Shown here: piece after piece, positions 20,794 to 29,677 of the stretch
How the letters are laid out: the number at the start of each line of letters is the position of its first letter
Numbering within the stretch: the stretch's first letter is position 1
NCBI GenBank assembly: GCA_029261135.1
Contig: JAJDBX010000006.1
Span: 64,123-128,122 of the forward strand
DNA: 64,000 nt
From: Nitrospirota bacterium
GTDB lineage: Bacteria; Nitrospirota; Nitrospiria; SBBL01; JAADHI01
Direction: 5' to 3'
Notes under the pieces: generated by a model
Told to the model about the DNA's origin: nothing
The model's database searches: none
What the model saw: only the letters and a program-made list of their open reading frames with translations
Translations under genes and position numbers: made by a program

Positions 20794-21921
20794 CTATTTT
20801 TCAATCATCGCTTCGTCAATCGTCAAAAGAAAGGCGACCAGTTTTTCCAGGTCTCCTAAGGTCATTTTTCGACCGTAATCCGACGGCATCCCGTCCCCAG
20901 ATCGAAACCCGGGAAGAATAAAAGCGTCCGGGTGCAGAATCGACTCCATGACATATTCTCGTTCCGTCGTCGCCTTTGCACGTCCTTCTGAAACCTTTTG
21001 TCGGTATTCTGGAGAAGACAAATGAAGTGAGGCAGCACTTTTCATCGCCAGAATCGGACCGATGAGACCGGTTCTGGCAGACGCGATTCCAGGAATCTTG
21101 TGACAGACAGAACAGCCATTCATTTTTATAATCTCTTCAACTGAATTCGTCAGTTTTTCGGTCTCGGCCAGCCCGACGCTCGAAGCGAAAACCTTGGGCG
21201 AATCCTCAGGAAGCGGGAGTTCCTTCTTAAAGTATTGTTTCCAATCTTCCACAGCGGTCACCTTGCTGAAATCCCCTGGCGACTCTTTCGCCTGCAGGTA
21301 GGATACGACAGCAATGATTTCGTAATCGCTCAATTCATAGGGCAGGTGGTTCATCACCGGCATTTCACTTTTTAAATCATCACTTCCGGAAATACCAAAG
21401 CCTTCAACAACAAAACAGTTCGGACAGTAAATGGATTCAAGGATGTATTCTCCGCCTGTCTTAGCCTTTGGTTTTAAACCGGAAGCCGATTCAGGGTTTT
21501 TCGCATATTTTTCCGAAAACATCGTGTAACGGGCTTCCAGTAGCCGATTGTGCGATCTTTCTTCCAAACCTCTCAGATCGGGGCCACGGCTCTGTTTTTT
21601 TCCTTGCCCTTCCACAAAGCGATGGCAATGGGCACACTTTCCTTTCCCGATCGGCATCCGGTCAAATATTCCTGTAGGGCTCACTTCCAATTCCGGTCGG
21701 TCGGTACCGAAGATAATAAACTGACCTTCTGAAACCAATACTGCCGGTGAAAAAAGTTTTTCAAGATTGATTGAGGTTTTCTCTTCTACGGGTGTTTCCA
21801 CATTTAGTTCTTTCGAATTTCGCCCCCCTTTTAAGACAAAGACCGTCAGGCCGATCACGGCAATAAAGACGAATGACCATTTCCACATGGGGACAGATTC
21901 ATCTGACTGAGAACGATTCAT
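20794..21921 (-). CDS. membrane-anchored dihaem c-type cytochrome
   Basis: N-terminal TM helix WKWSFVFIAVIGLTVFVL and two CxxCH motifs (CAHCH, CSVCH). Confidence 0.75.
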   Translation of the reverse strand: MNRSQSDESVPMWKWSFVFIAVIGLTVFVLKGGRNSKELNVETPVEEKTSINLEKLFSPAVLVSEGQFIIFGTDRPELEVSPTGIFDRMPIGKGKCAHCHRFVEGQGKKQSRGPDLRGLEERSHNRLLEARYTMFSEKYAKNPESASGLKPKAKTGGEYILESIYCPNCFVVEGFGISGSDDLKSEMPVMNHLPYELSDYEIIAVVSYLQAKESPGDFSKVTAVEDWKQYFKKELPLPEDSPKVFASSVGLAETEKLTNSVEEIIKMNGCSVCHKIPGIASARTGLIGPILAMKSAASLHLSSPEYRQKVSEGRAKATTEREYVMESILHPDAFILPGFRSGDGMPSDYGRKMTLGDLEKLVAFLLTIDEAMIEK

Positions 21922-22420
21922 ATTGTAAATTGACTCCTTATATTTGCATTTTGTCCTTGCGCATAAACTGAAAATAATAAGACTGAGCGCAAGGTTCAGA
22001 AATTGCCCGCTATTTTAGAAATTTGTAACGAAGAAGCGGAGGGTTTTGTCCTAAAAAAATAAAGACTTCATCAGAGCTTCCTTTATTAGCACAGTCTTCT
22101 ACCTGGATTAAAGCGAAAACTTTTTAGTTTGTGTTCTGGATTAAAAAATGCCAGAAAAATGATTCTATTCACGCTGACAAACCATAAAACCGAAAGGTCT
22201 TAGAAAGGCGAGTCTTTTGGCTTGGATGAACAATGACACGGACTGGAGGTATTTATGGGAAGTGAGATCTCTCATTAATATTTTTTCAATCATTATTTCG
22301 TCAACAAACTTGAGCTTAAGTTCAGTTGAACACCCACCCGTGTATATCGTATTTTATATGAGCAGGAATACAGAAAGGGTCTAAGAACCCGAAACGTCAC
22401 TGAGTGGAATCCCTTAAGAC

Positions 22421-23134
22421 ATGAACTGTCATGCCAAAGTCATCTCAATCAAAGAACTCACGCATGATGTAAAGGAAATTGCCCTTCAACTCATTAATCC
22501 CCCTAAGATCTCCTTTAAAGCAGGGCAATACATCGCGATCGAAGTCACGGAAATGCGCGAGGGCAAAGCAAGACAAAACAACCGCCCTTATTCTATCGTC
22601 TCCCCGCCTGAGGAAGACCGTGTAATCAGGGTGTGTGTCAATCTTGTAGCGGGCGGCCCGGGCTCCACCACCCTTCATCGCCTTCGTATTGGCGAAGAAC
22701 TGTCTTTTTTGCATCCCTTTGGATATTTCACGATCAAATCTGAAGCGACTTCATCCCTCTTGTTCGTGGCCACGGGGACCGGAATCGCGCCGATTCGGTC
22801 GATGATTGAGCATCTGCTTCATCAGGGCATCGAACGCCCGATGACGCTTTTTTGGGGACTTCGCAGTGAGCGGGATCTCTATTACCAGGAGGATTTTGAA
22901 GCATTGAGCCAGAAATATCCTTTCCTTAAAATCATCACAAGCTTGTCTCAACCCACTTCAAATTGGCAGGGGGACAAGGGGCGTGTGACGGAACAACTTT
23001 CAAGGAAAAAGATTACGGTCGAAAACCTTGAAGCCTATCTTTGCGGCAATATGGCCATGATTCGCGAGGTGCGGACGATGCTCCTTGATCAAGGCATGAC
23101 GAAACGGGCCATCCATTTTGAAAAATTTTATTGA
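22421..23134 (+). CDS. FNR-like FAD/NAD(P)-binding oxidoreductase
   Basis: RPYSIVS (RxYS FAD motif), VATGTGIAPIRSM (NAD(P) GxGxxP) and the C-terminus YLCGNMAMI...HFEKFY. Confidence 0.8.
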   Translation: MNCHAKVISIKELTHDVKEIALQLINPPKISFKAGQYIAIEVTEMREGKARQNNRPYSIVSPPEEDRVIRVCVNLVAGGPGSTTLHRLRIGEELSFLHPFGYFTIKSEATSSLLFVATGTGIAPIRSMIEHLLHQGIERPMTLFWGLRSERDLYYQEDFEALSQKYPFLKIITSLSQPTSNWQGDKGRVTEQLSRKKITVENLEAYLCGNMAMIREVRTMLLDQGMTKRAIHFEKFY

Positions 23135-23243
23135 GTGCTCGCTACCTAAAGACGGGTTATTCAGGGCAAGGGTGGTTTGGATAGCTTTGAGGGTTTAGCC
23201 GGAAAGGTCTTTCCATTCGGTGCGGCCCTTGGCTGTGTGTTCA

Positions 23244-25568
23244 TCATAAATGTTTTTGTTCATACAAATACTCTTGAAAACCAATAAACGCAGATCGTAT
23301 ATCTGAAACGCTGCCCAGCTCCGCAACCGCATCACTCACTGCGTGATATTTTATTTGGATCAGGCTTGGGAGCTTTTCCTGATCCAATTCACCAACTCCC
23401 TGTTTGATATATTGATCGAGAACAAAGTCGAGAAAGGCTTGCTGGCTGTAATCATAATGCTGAAAGATTCGACCCTTGTTCAGCTTCACCCGTTCTGCTC
23501 GTGAAATCGGAGGTGACAAAAAAGCCACATAAGCCAACACGTCGTAGAGGTCACTCTTTTCAGCATCGACGATCCGTTTCAATTCACTGAGCTGTTCAGT
23601 CCCGAAGCCTTTTTCCTCCAAACCCTCAAGCAGCTTTCGGCGTGTATCAGGTCTGCTCCAAAGTTTGCGTAGTTCGTCTTCGTCTTTAAATAACTCAGGA
23701 AGCCTGCCAAACAATATCTCAATAAATTGATTCGAGGAAACGGGCTTTCCGTCCGGGCCCCAAAAAGACGTCGCCGTCATGTGCTGGATGCTGCGCGCCT
23801 TGCCATCTGCGAGCTGGATTTTCACCCTCCGTCTGTTGGTGCAGATACAAGGGTTTTCGCCGCACTCAGGACAAAGCTCAGGTTCTGCTTCACAAATACA
23901 CAGGTGCTGCCCACAAACCGGACAAGGTAGTGGGGAGGGTTCTTCGCAGGTACAGGGTGTATTGCCGCAGAGACGACATGCTTCTGGTTCGAGTGGTTCG
24001 CCGTCCCATTCCGGGTCGTTAAAATGTTCATAGGACTCAACAAAATCATAAATCGTGAAATAGTCTTTGCCCTCAAAAAGTCGTGTCCCACGACCGATGA
24101 TCTGCTTGAACTCGATCATCGAATTAATGGGCCGCATCAAAACAATATTGCGAATGTTCCGCGCATCCACACCCGTTGAGAGTTTCTGAGAAGTGGTTAA
24201 AATCGTCGGAATCGTCTTTTCGTTGTCTTGGAAAATCCGTAAAAAACGCTCACCCTCAGCACCCTCATTGGCCGTGACACGAACACAGTAGTTTGGCTCT
24301 GTGCTGGTCTTGCATTGGTTGATGAGGTCTCGAACAGCAAGGGCGTGTTCCTGTGTCGCGCAAAACACTAAGGTCTTCTCGTTTTGCTGAATCATGCCCA
24401 TGAACACATTTACGCGATATTGCTCCCGCTCACGGATTTCGATCACACGATTAAAGTCGTCCTCTTTATAGCGTTTACCTTCTTCTATTTCTCCTTCAAT
24501 CACCTGATCGTCAGACGTATAAACATACTCATCCAGCGTGGAGGCAATTTGCTTTACTTTGAAAGGGGTCAGGAAGCCATCGTTAATGCCTTCCTTTAAG
24601 GAATAGATATAGACCGGATCGCCAAAATAGGCATAGGTATCGGCGTTATGTTGTCGTTTGGGCGTTGCGGTCAGGCCCAGTTGTACGGCCGGTGAGAAAT
24701 ATTCCAGTATCCCGCGCCAGTTGCCCTCATCGTTTGCACCCCCGCGATGGCATTCGTCAATGACGATGAAATCGAAAAAATCCGGCGGATACGCGCCAAA
24801 ACTGGGGACTGAATTGCCGTCTGCATCATGCCCGGACATAAAGGTCTGGAAGATGGTAAAGAAGATGCTGCCATTTTTAGGCACGCGGCCTTTCTTGCGA
24901 ATAGTCTCTGGATCGATGCGAACCAGCGCATCTTCAGGAAAAGCAGAGAAACTATTGTAAGCCTGATCGGCCAGGATATTACGATCCGCCAGAAACAGAA
25001 TGCGAGGGCGACGTGTGGGCTCTCCGGTTAAATTCCAACGGCTATGAAACAACTTCCAGGCGATCTGAAAGGCAATCGCTGTTTTACCCGTACCGGTTGC
25101 CAGCGTCAGCAGGATTCTGTCTTTGCCATCGGCAAGGGCTTCAAGGGCTTTATTGATGGCATTGTGTTGATAGAAACGCGGTTGCCAAAAACCGCCTTTG
25201 TCTTCAAACGGCACCTCACCAAAACGGTCTCGCCATGTTTGTTCTTCAGGGAATGTCTTTAACCAGAGTTCTTGAGGGCTGGGGTATCGATCAGCATAGC
25301 CTTCCTTCCCCGTCTGCATATCCACTTGATAGATGCCGACCCCATTGGTGGAATAAGCAAAGCGGGCCTGTAGGCGCTCGGCGTAGCGTTTGGCCTGTGC
25401 AACCCCTTCGGTATCCGGCAGGCTCTTCTTTTTGGCTTCGATGACGCCGAGTTTTTGGCCTTTGTAGAACAGGACATAATCGGCGATGTCCTGTTTGCCG
25501 CGCTTGCCTGCGCCTTGCAAACGACCGAGCGTGATCATCTCACGCCGCACTCGGCTCCCTTCCACCAC
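23244..25568 (-). CDS. hsdR: type I restriction enzyme R subunit (HsdR, EcoEI-like C-terminus). The main ORF starts at an internal GTG because of a 5' frameshift.
   Basis: Nuclease block DYVLFYKGQKLGVIEAKK, helicase motifs TLATGTGKT and DECHR, and TATP...QKLSTGVD...GRGTR. The C-terminal block DLYDVLAYVAFLSPPISRAERV resembles the EcoEI R C-terminal domain. Confidence 0.9.
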   Translation of the reverse strand: MVEGSRVRREMITLGRLQGAGKRGKQDIADYVLFYKGQKLGVIEAKKKSLPDTEGVAQAKRYAERLQARFAYSTNGVGIYQVDMQTGKEGYADRYPSPQELWLKTFPEEQTWRDRFGEVPFEDKGGFWQPRFYQHNAINKALEALADGKDRILLTLATGTGKTAIAFQIAWKLFHSRWNLTGEPTRRPRILFLADRNILADQAYNSFSAFPEDALVRIDPETIRKKGRVPKNGSIFFTIFQTFMSGHDADGNSVPSFGAYPPDFFDFIVIDECHRGGANDEGNWRGILEYFSPAVQLGLTATPKRQHNADTYAYFGDPVYIYSLKEGINDGFLTPFKVKQIASTLDEYVYTSDDQVIEGEIEEGKRYKEDDFNRVIEIREREQYRVNVFMGMIQQNEKTLVFCATQEHALAVRDLINQCKTSTEPNYCVRVTANEGAEGERFLRIFQDNEKTIPTILTTSQKLSTGVDARNIRNIVLMRPINSMIEFKQIIGRGTRLFEGKDYFTIYDFVESYEHFNDPEWDGEPLEPEACRLCGNTPCTCEEPSPLPCPVCGQHLCICEAEPELCPECGENPCICTNRRRVKIQLADGKARSIQHMTATSFWGPDGKPVSSNQFIEILFGRLPELFKDEDELRKLWSRPDTRRKLLEGLEEKGFGTEQLSELKRIVDAEKSDLYDVLAYVAFLSPPISRAERVKLNKGRIFQHYDYSQQAFLDFVLDQYIKQGVGELDQEKLPSLIQIKYHAVSDAVAELGSVSDIRSAFIGFQEYLYEQKHL

Positions 25569-25633
25569 ACACCCCAGCCTGCGTCTTTGAGTGCGGGGTC
25601 GATGAGTTCTGCGCGGGTTTCGGCTTCGTTCAC
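25535..25633 (-). other. hsdR: detached 5' coding segment of hsdR (32 codons, different frame from the main ORF)
   Basis: GTG at 25633, 3 nt after the upstream stop, gives VNEAETRAELIDPALKDAGWGV, the canonical HsdR N-terminus. The frame then runs into TGA at 25535. Confidence 0.75.
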
Positions 25634-25636
25634 AAT

Positions 25637-26629
25637 TTAGGCCTCTGCCAGCATATTCATAATAAGGCGAATCATGGTCTCTTTGTTGGCGGGGTCGGAT
25701 TCGGCCACCAACAAGGTCAAGGCTGCCAGACCGATGTCATTGATCACGGGCTCGCCGCGCCGATTCAACAAACGGGCATTACGATTGAGGAAATCGACAA
25801 ACAAAAACGCACCACTGCGTTTATTGCCATCGGAAAAGGGATGGTTCTTGATGACGAAATAGAGCAAATGCGCCGCCTTGGCCTCCACGCTGGGATAGGC
25901 GGGTTCGCCAAAGACAGATTGCTCCAGATTCCCTAAAAGAGAAGCCAGTCCCTCATCTCGCTCACGGGCAAACAAATCGGTCGCTTCACCCCGCGCCATC
26001 AAATTGGCCTTGAGCTTCGCCAAGGCAATACGGGCATCATCCACACCCAGTAATTCACCACCGGCCTGGGCCTTTGGCGCACTGAGCAAACCTTCATCGT
26101 AACGCTGCAACAGCAAAAAAGTCTGGGCGTATCGCGTAACAATATCGACCAGTCCCCGACTGCTCTCCAGACTCAGCTCCGGACTTTGGGCGGTTTTTTG
26201 CACCAGGGCCAGGGCAGCTTCCAACTCGCTCGCATTGCTTTCAAAACGCTTGCGGGAAAGTGTCCAGCCTTGGGTCAAGTGTTCGCGCAGCACGCGAGTG
26301 GCCCAAATCCTGAACTGTGTCGCGCGCGCCGAACTGATCCGATAGCCCACTGAGATGACGGCATCCAGGTTATAATGCTTTCGCTTACGCTCAACCGACC
26401 TTTGACCTTCTGTTTGAACTTGTAAGAAATCCTTACAAGTTGCTTCCGCGTCAAGTTCACCTTCAGCAAACACATTTTTCAAATGCATTGTGATGTTTTG
26501 TGGTTTCACATCGAATAACCCCGCCATTTGAGCCTGGGTTAGCCAAACCGTATCACTTTGCAGTCGAACCTCAACGGCCTGCCCTTCTTCCTGATAGATA
26601 ATGATTTGTTTGTTTCGCGCTTCGCTCAT
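25637..26629 (-). CDS. RhuM-family N-terminal domain fused to a Fic/Doc (death-on-curing type) domain
   Basis: N-terminal blocks TVWLTQAQMAGLF, NITMHLKNVF, YNLDAVISVGYRISSARATQFRIWATRVL (RhuM-like). The C-terminus carries HPFSDGNKRSG (Doc-type Fic motif). It overlaps the hsdS stop by 4 nt. Confidence 0.8.
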   Translation of the reverse strand: MSEARNKQIIIYQEEGQAVEVRLQSDTVWLTQAQMAGLFDVKPQNITMHLKNVFAEGELDAEATCKDFLQVQTEGQRSVERKRKHYNLDAVISVGYRISSARATQFRIWATRVLREHLTQGWTLSRKRFESNASELEAALALVQKTAQSPELSLESSRGLVDIVTRYAQTFLLLQRYDEGLLSAPKAQAGGELLGVDDARIALAKLKANLMARGEATDLFARERDEGLASLLGNLEQSVFGEPAYPSVEAKAAHLLYFVIKNHPFSDGNKRSGAFLFVDFLNRNARLLNRRGEPVINDIGLAALTLLVAESDPANKETMIRLIMNMLAEA

Positions 26630-27891
26630 GCCACGGCCTCTTCCTTGAGTTTCTCTGGCTCAGAGGTGAGTTCGCCGGAGAAGGCTTTTTGTAACAGGGA
26701 TTGTTTGAGCTCATTTAGCGCATTATTTTTTTGTTGGTAGATTAATTCAAGACGCTGTATTGAAGCAGATAACTCATGTAAATTTTCAACGATCTCACTT
26801 TGTATATTCAAACCTGGAAAGGGGAAAAATTCATTCTCAAAAGTAGCAAGATTAATATTATCCTGTGCACTACCTTTACCCTTAGATTTTATTCTCGCCT
26901 TAACTGACTGAAGGAGATATTCCACATAAGCATTCGATGTCTGATTTTCATCGACTACCATTCCGATGATACTGTCCGGAAAACACGCATCAAAACCCAA
27001 TATTCCTGTCTCCGCAATATTTGCAGCAATCGTTATACAGATCGTACCTTTAGGCCACAGCTTGCTTTGCAATAACCCAATTTTGTTATAAGTCTGCCTG
27101 CTCTCTTTGATTAAATGTTCGCAGTTTCGAACATCTCCCGTCTGAATAAACGGGTAAGATCCACCATATAACTTAGGGTCATTTCTTGGTCGATGTTTTG
27201 ATTTGCCTCGACCGAAATCGGTACATACTTGCTTCAGAGTTTTTTCTTCCCAATCTTCAATTTGCTTAGTAAAAAAAACCGAATTCAAATAACTTTCAAA
27301 CAACTCGCGGGTATTGGCGAGGTTTTTTTCGGTATTGGCAACCGCTGTATCGATCCCGGCAAAGGCTTCATCAAGAATGGCGACGATGCGTTTTTGTTCG
27401 GGGAGAGGTGGAATAGGTATCTCAGCCGTTAATATGTCCTTTTTACTAATATTAATTTGTAACCCACCAGCTCCTTTTGATTTGTAATAATTTTTAATTT
27501 TCGGGGATGACAAATGGTAACTTAGATATGGCTTAAAAATATCGGCACTAAAGTCTTTCAGCCTACCTACACGCTGATTTAGTAAAAATTTTCTGCCGTT
27601 GAGATTTTTTACTAGCGTAGGCATACCCAATATTTTGGGATCACCAGCCATATCAGTCATTGCTATGACTAGATCACCTTCCTTGAGCAAAAACTGGCTA
27701 TAGTCATTAGCAAATGAATCAGGAAGAAATTTAATATTATGCCCAGGATCAAAACTTCCGTTCGGTCGAATATTACTCATTCGAATATTTAATGTGTTGG
27801 AATGAGCAACGTAAGATTTCGACTTAAATGCAAAACCATTTTGCAAATCACAAACTTCGCTGAGCTTCATATTCTTCCACCCGTTATTCAT
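26626..27891 (-). CDS. hsdS: type I R-M specificity subunit (two target-recognition domains)
   Basis: 421 aa. Repeated conserved spacers IPIPPLPEQKRIVAILDE...NTRELFESYL and LQSEIVENLHELSASIQRLELIYQQKNNALNELKQSLLQKAF. The start is coupled to the hsdM stop through ATGA. Confidence 0.88.
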   Translation of the reverse strand: MNNGWKNMKLSEVCDLQNGFAFKSKSYVAHSNTLNIRMSNIRPNGSFDPGHNIKFLPDSFANDYSQFLLKEGDLVIAMTDMAGDPKILGMPTLVKNLNGRKFLLNQRVGRLKDFSADIFKPYLSYHLSSPKIKNYYKSKGAGGLQINISKKDILTAEIPIPPLPEQKRIVAILDEAFAGIDTAVANTEKNLANTRELFESYLNSVFFTKQIEDWEEKTLKQVCTDFGRGKSKHRPRNDPKLYGGSYPFIQTGDVRNCEHLIKESRQTYNKIGLLQSKLWPKGTICITIAANIAETGILGFDACFPDSIIGMVVDENQTSNAYVEYLLQSVKARIKSKGKGSAQDNINLATFENEFFPFPGLNIQSEIVENLHELSASIQRLELIYQQKNNALNELKQSLLQKAFSGELTSEPEKLKEEAVA

Positions 27892-29339
27892 AACATCCCC
27901 CGAATCCCTTCCAAGATTGCTTCACTCTCCGCATCCAGTGTTTCGATCTCATTGATAATCACTTCAGGATCGCGCAAGGGATCTTCTTCGGCTTTGTTGG
28001 GGTTTTTCACCGACAGGTCAAAAGTTTCCTGATCAATATCATTGATACTTACTTTCCAGGATTCATCGGTGTCGGCGAAGCTGGCTTGCAGTTCAACAAA
28101 CGCTTTCAGGTCGTTGTCGTTGAGTGGATTAGTTTTGCCCATGCTGCGGCCGGGGTCGAGGTGGTAGTACCAGATCTTCCTTGTCGGTGCACCCTTTTCA
28201 AAAAACAGCACGACGGTTTTGACACCGGCACCGAGGAAAGTGCCGCCGGGGCAATCGAGAATGGTGTGCAGCTTACAGCTTTCCAGTAGTTCCTGACGCA
28301 GTGCTTTGGAGGCCTTGTCTGAATTGGAGAGAAAGGTATTTTTGATGACGACCGCCGCACGGCCACCGGCCTTGAGGTTCTTGATGAAATGTTGCAGGAA
28401 GAGGAAGGCGGTCTCGCCGGTTTTGATGGGGAAGTTCTGCTGGACTTCCTTGCGCTCTTTGCCGCCAAAGGGTGGATTGGCGAGGATGACATGGTAACCG
28501 TCTTTTTCCTGAATATCGCTGAGGTTCTCGGCCAGGGTGTTGGTGTGAATGATGTTGGGGGCTTCGATGCCATGCAGGATCATATTCATGATGGCAATGA
28601 CATAAGCGAGGCTTTTCTTTTCCTTGCCGTAGAAAGTTTGTTTTTGCAGGGCAAGCAGCTGAGTCGTGCTGAGTTCGCCTTGCCGCAGATAGTCATAAGA
28701 TTCGCAGAGGAAGCCGGCAGAGCCACAGGCTCCGTCATAAATGCGCTCGCCGATTTTTGGCTGGGTGACCTGAATCATGGCGCGAATGAGTGGCCGAGGG
28801 GTGTAATACTCGCCCCCATTACGACCAGCATTGCCCATATTTTTGATTTTGGCTTCGTAGATATGGGAAAGCTCGTGTTTCTCTTTTTGTGAACGAAAGC
28901 GTAAGGCATCGATGTATTCCAAAGCGTCACGCAAGGAATAACCGCTGTTGAATCGGTTTTTGATTTCGCTAAAAATCTCGCCAATCTTGTATTCGATGGT
29001 GTCCGGGCCGGTGGCGCGTTGCTTGAAACCTTGCAGATAGGGGAACAAATCTCGGGTGATGTAATCAATCAGGTCGTCGCCGGTCAAGGCGTTATTATGA
29101 TCAAACGCCCCGTCTTCTGTTTTGGGTGCCGCCCAGCTCGACCAGCGGTGTTTGTCGTCGATAATTGCCTGATATAATTTACCCTCAAGCTCGGCCTGCA
29201 AAGCCTTTTCCTGCTCCAGATCATCCAAATATTTGAGGAACAGCATCCAGGAAGTCTGTTCGGTGTAGTCCAGCTCGGTAGTACAGCCTGCCTCTTTCCA
29301 GAGGACATCGTCTATATTCTTAAAGGTTTGCTCGAACAT
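27888..29339 (-). CDS. hsdM: type I R-M DNA methyltransferase subunit (N6-adenine)
   Basis: N-terminus DVLWKEAGCTTELDYTEQTSWMLFLKYLDD (HsdM_N), then DGACGSAGFL (motif I) and LANPPFGG (motif IV). The likely start is MFEQTF at 29339; the ORF runs to 29414. Confidence 0.92.
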   Translation of the reverse strand: MFEQTFKNIDDVLWKEAGCTTELDYTEQTSWMLFLKYLDDLEQEKALQAELEGKLYQAIIDDKHRWSSWAAPKTEDGAFDHNNALTGDDLIDYITRDLFPYLQGFKQRATGPDTIEYKIGEIFSEIKNRFNSGYSLRDALEYIDALRFRSQKEKHELSHIYEAKIKNMGNAGRNGGEYYTPRPLIRAMIQVTQPKIGERIYDGACGSAGFLCESYDYLRQGELSTTQLLALQKQTFYGKEKKSLAYVIAIMNMILHGIEAPNIIHTNTLAENLSDIQEKDGYHVILANPPFGGKERKEVQQNFPIKTGETAFLFLQHFIKNLKAGGRAAVVIKNTFLSNSDKASKALRQELLESCKLHTILDCPGGTFLGAGVKTVVLFFEKGAPTRKIWYYHLDPGRSMGKTNPLNDNDLKAFVELQASFADTDESWKVSINDIDQETFDLSVKNPNKAEEDPLRDPEVIINEIETLDAESEAILEGIRGML

Positions 29340-29370
29340 TTTTCCTCTACATGGGATCGCACTGTTCAGT

Positions 29371-29525
29371 CGAATTTTTTGGCTGAGTGTAGTACTTAAA
29401 AAATGGAATATCAAGAAAGGTGAATCGGAGGATTGATGCGTTTAGCCGAAAAGACGCAGATCCCCTACTCAGAAAAATTACTGCGTGCTACGCTCTCGGG
29501 AATACTCCCGTTCCCATCCTCCGCC
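29371..29525. repeat. copy A of a ~150-bp direct-repeat family (proximal promoter half plus distal half)
   Basis: Aligns by eye with 30305-30472, roughly three quarters identical. An example block is GGCTGAGTGTAGTNCTTAAA...GAATCGGAG...AGCCGAAAA...ACGCA.ATCCCCTAC...ACTGCGTGCT. Confidence 0.8.
29386..29414 (-). promoter_or_regulatory. sigma70-like promoter for hsdM (TTGATA-17 nt-TACACT on the minus strand)
   Basis: The -35 reverse complement is at 29409-29414 and the -10 at 29386-29391, with a 17-nt spacer about 45 nt upstream of the hsdM ATG. The same architecture is conserved in repeat copy B. Confidence 0.5.
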
Positions 29526-29677
29526 TGAACTTTCCAGAAAAGAGAGATCGGGGTCAGATCTTTCAATCAGATATCCCCTTTTTCTCCACACATCCAAAAG
29601 CGGATCACAATCAAAGAATGAAGGAAAAACCAAGCCCCTGGTTGACTTTTACACAGGGTTGATTCCGATAAAACACT

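Noticed and set aside
22229-22390. ~52-codon ORF and a 12-bp near-palindrome (GTTCAGTTGAAC) in the 500-bp gap upstream of the FNR-like gene
   Set aside because: The ORF has no SD and no recognisable family, and it is AT-rich and low-complexity. The dyad is short and imperfect. I note it only as a possible operator.
25560-25575. Phase-variable simple-sequence repeat controlling hsdR
   Set aside because: The GT/TG tract has only about three units (GTGTGTG), too short for efficient slipped-strand switching. A fixed frameshift or a sequencing error is more likely.
28106-28892. Long ORFs antisense to or overlapping hsdM (28389..28892 +, 28106..28573 -, 28775..29068 -)
   Set aside because: They are shadow ORFs typical of G+C-richer DNA. 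They have low-complexity R/P/S-rich translations, no start context, and lie fully inside a well-supported methyltransferase gene.
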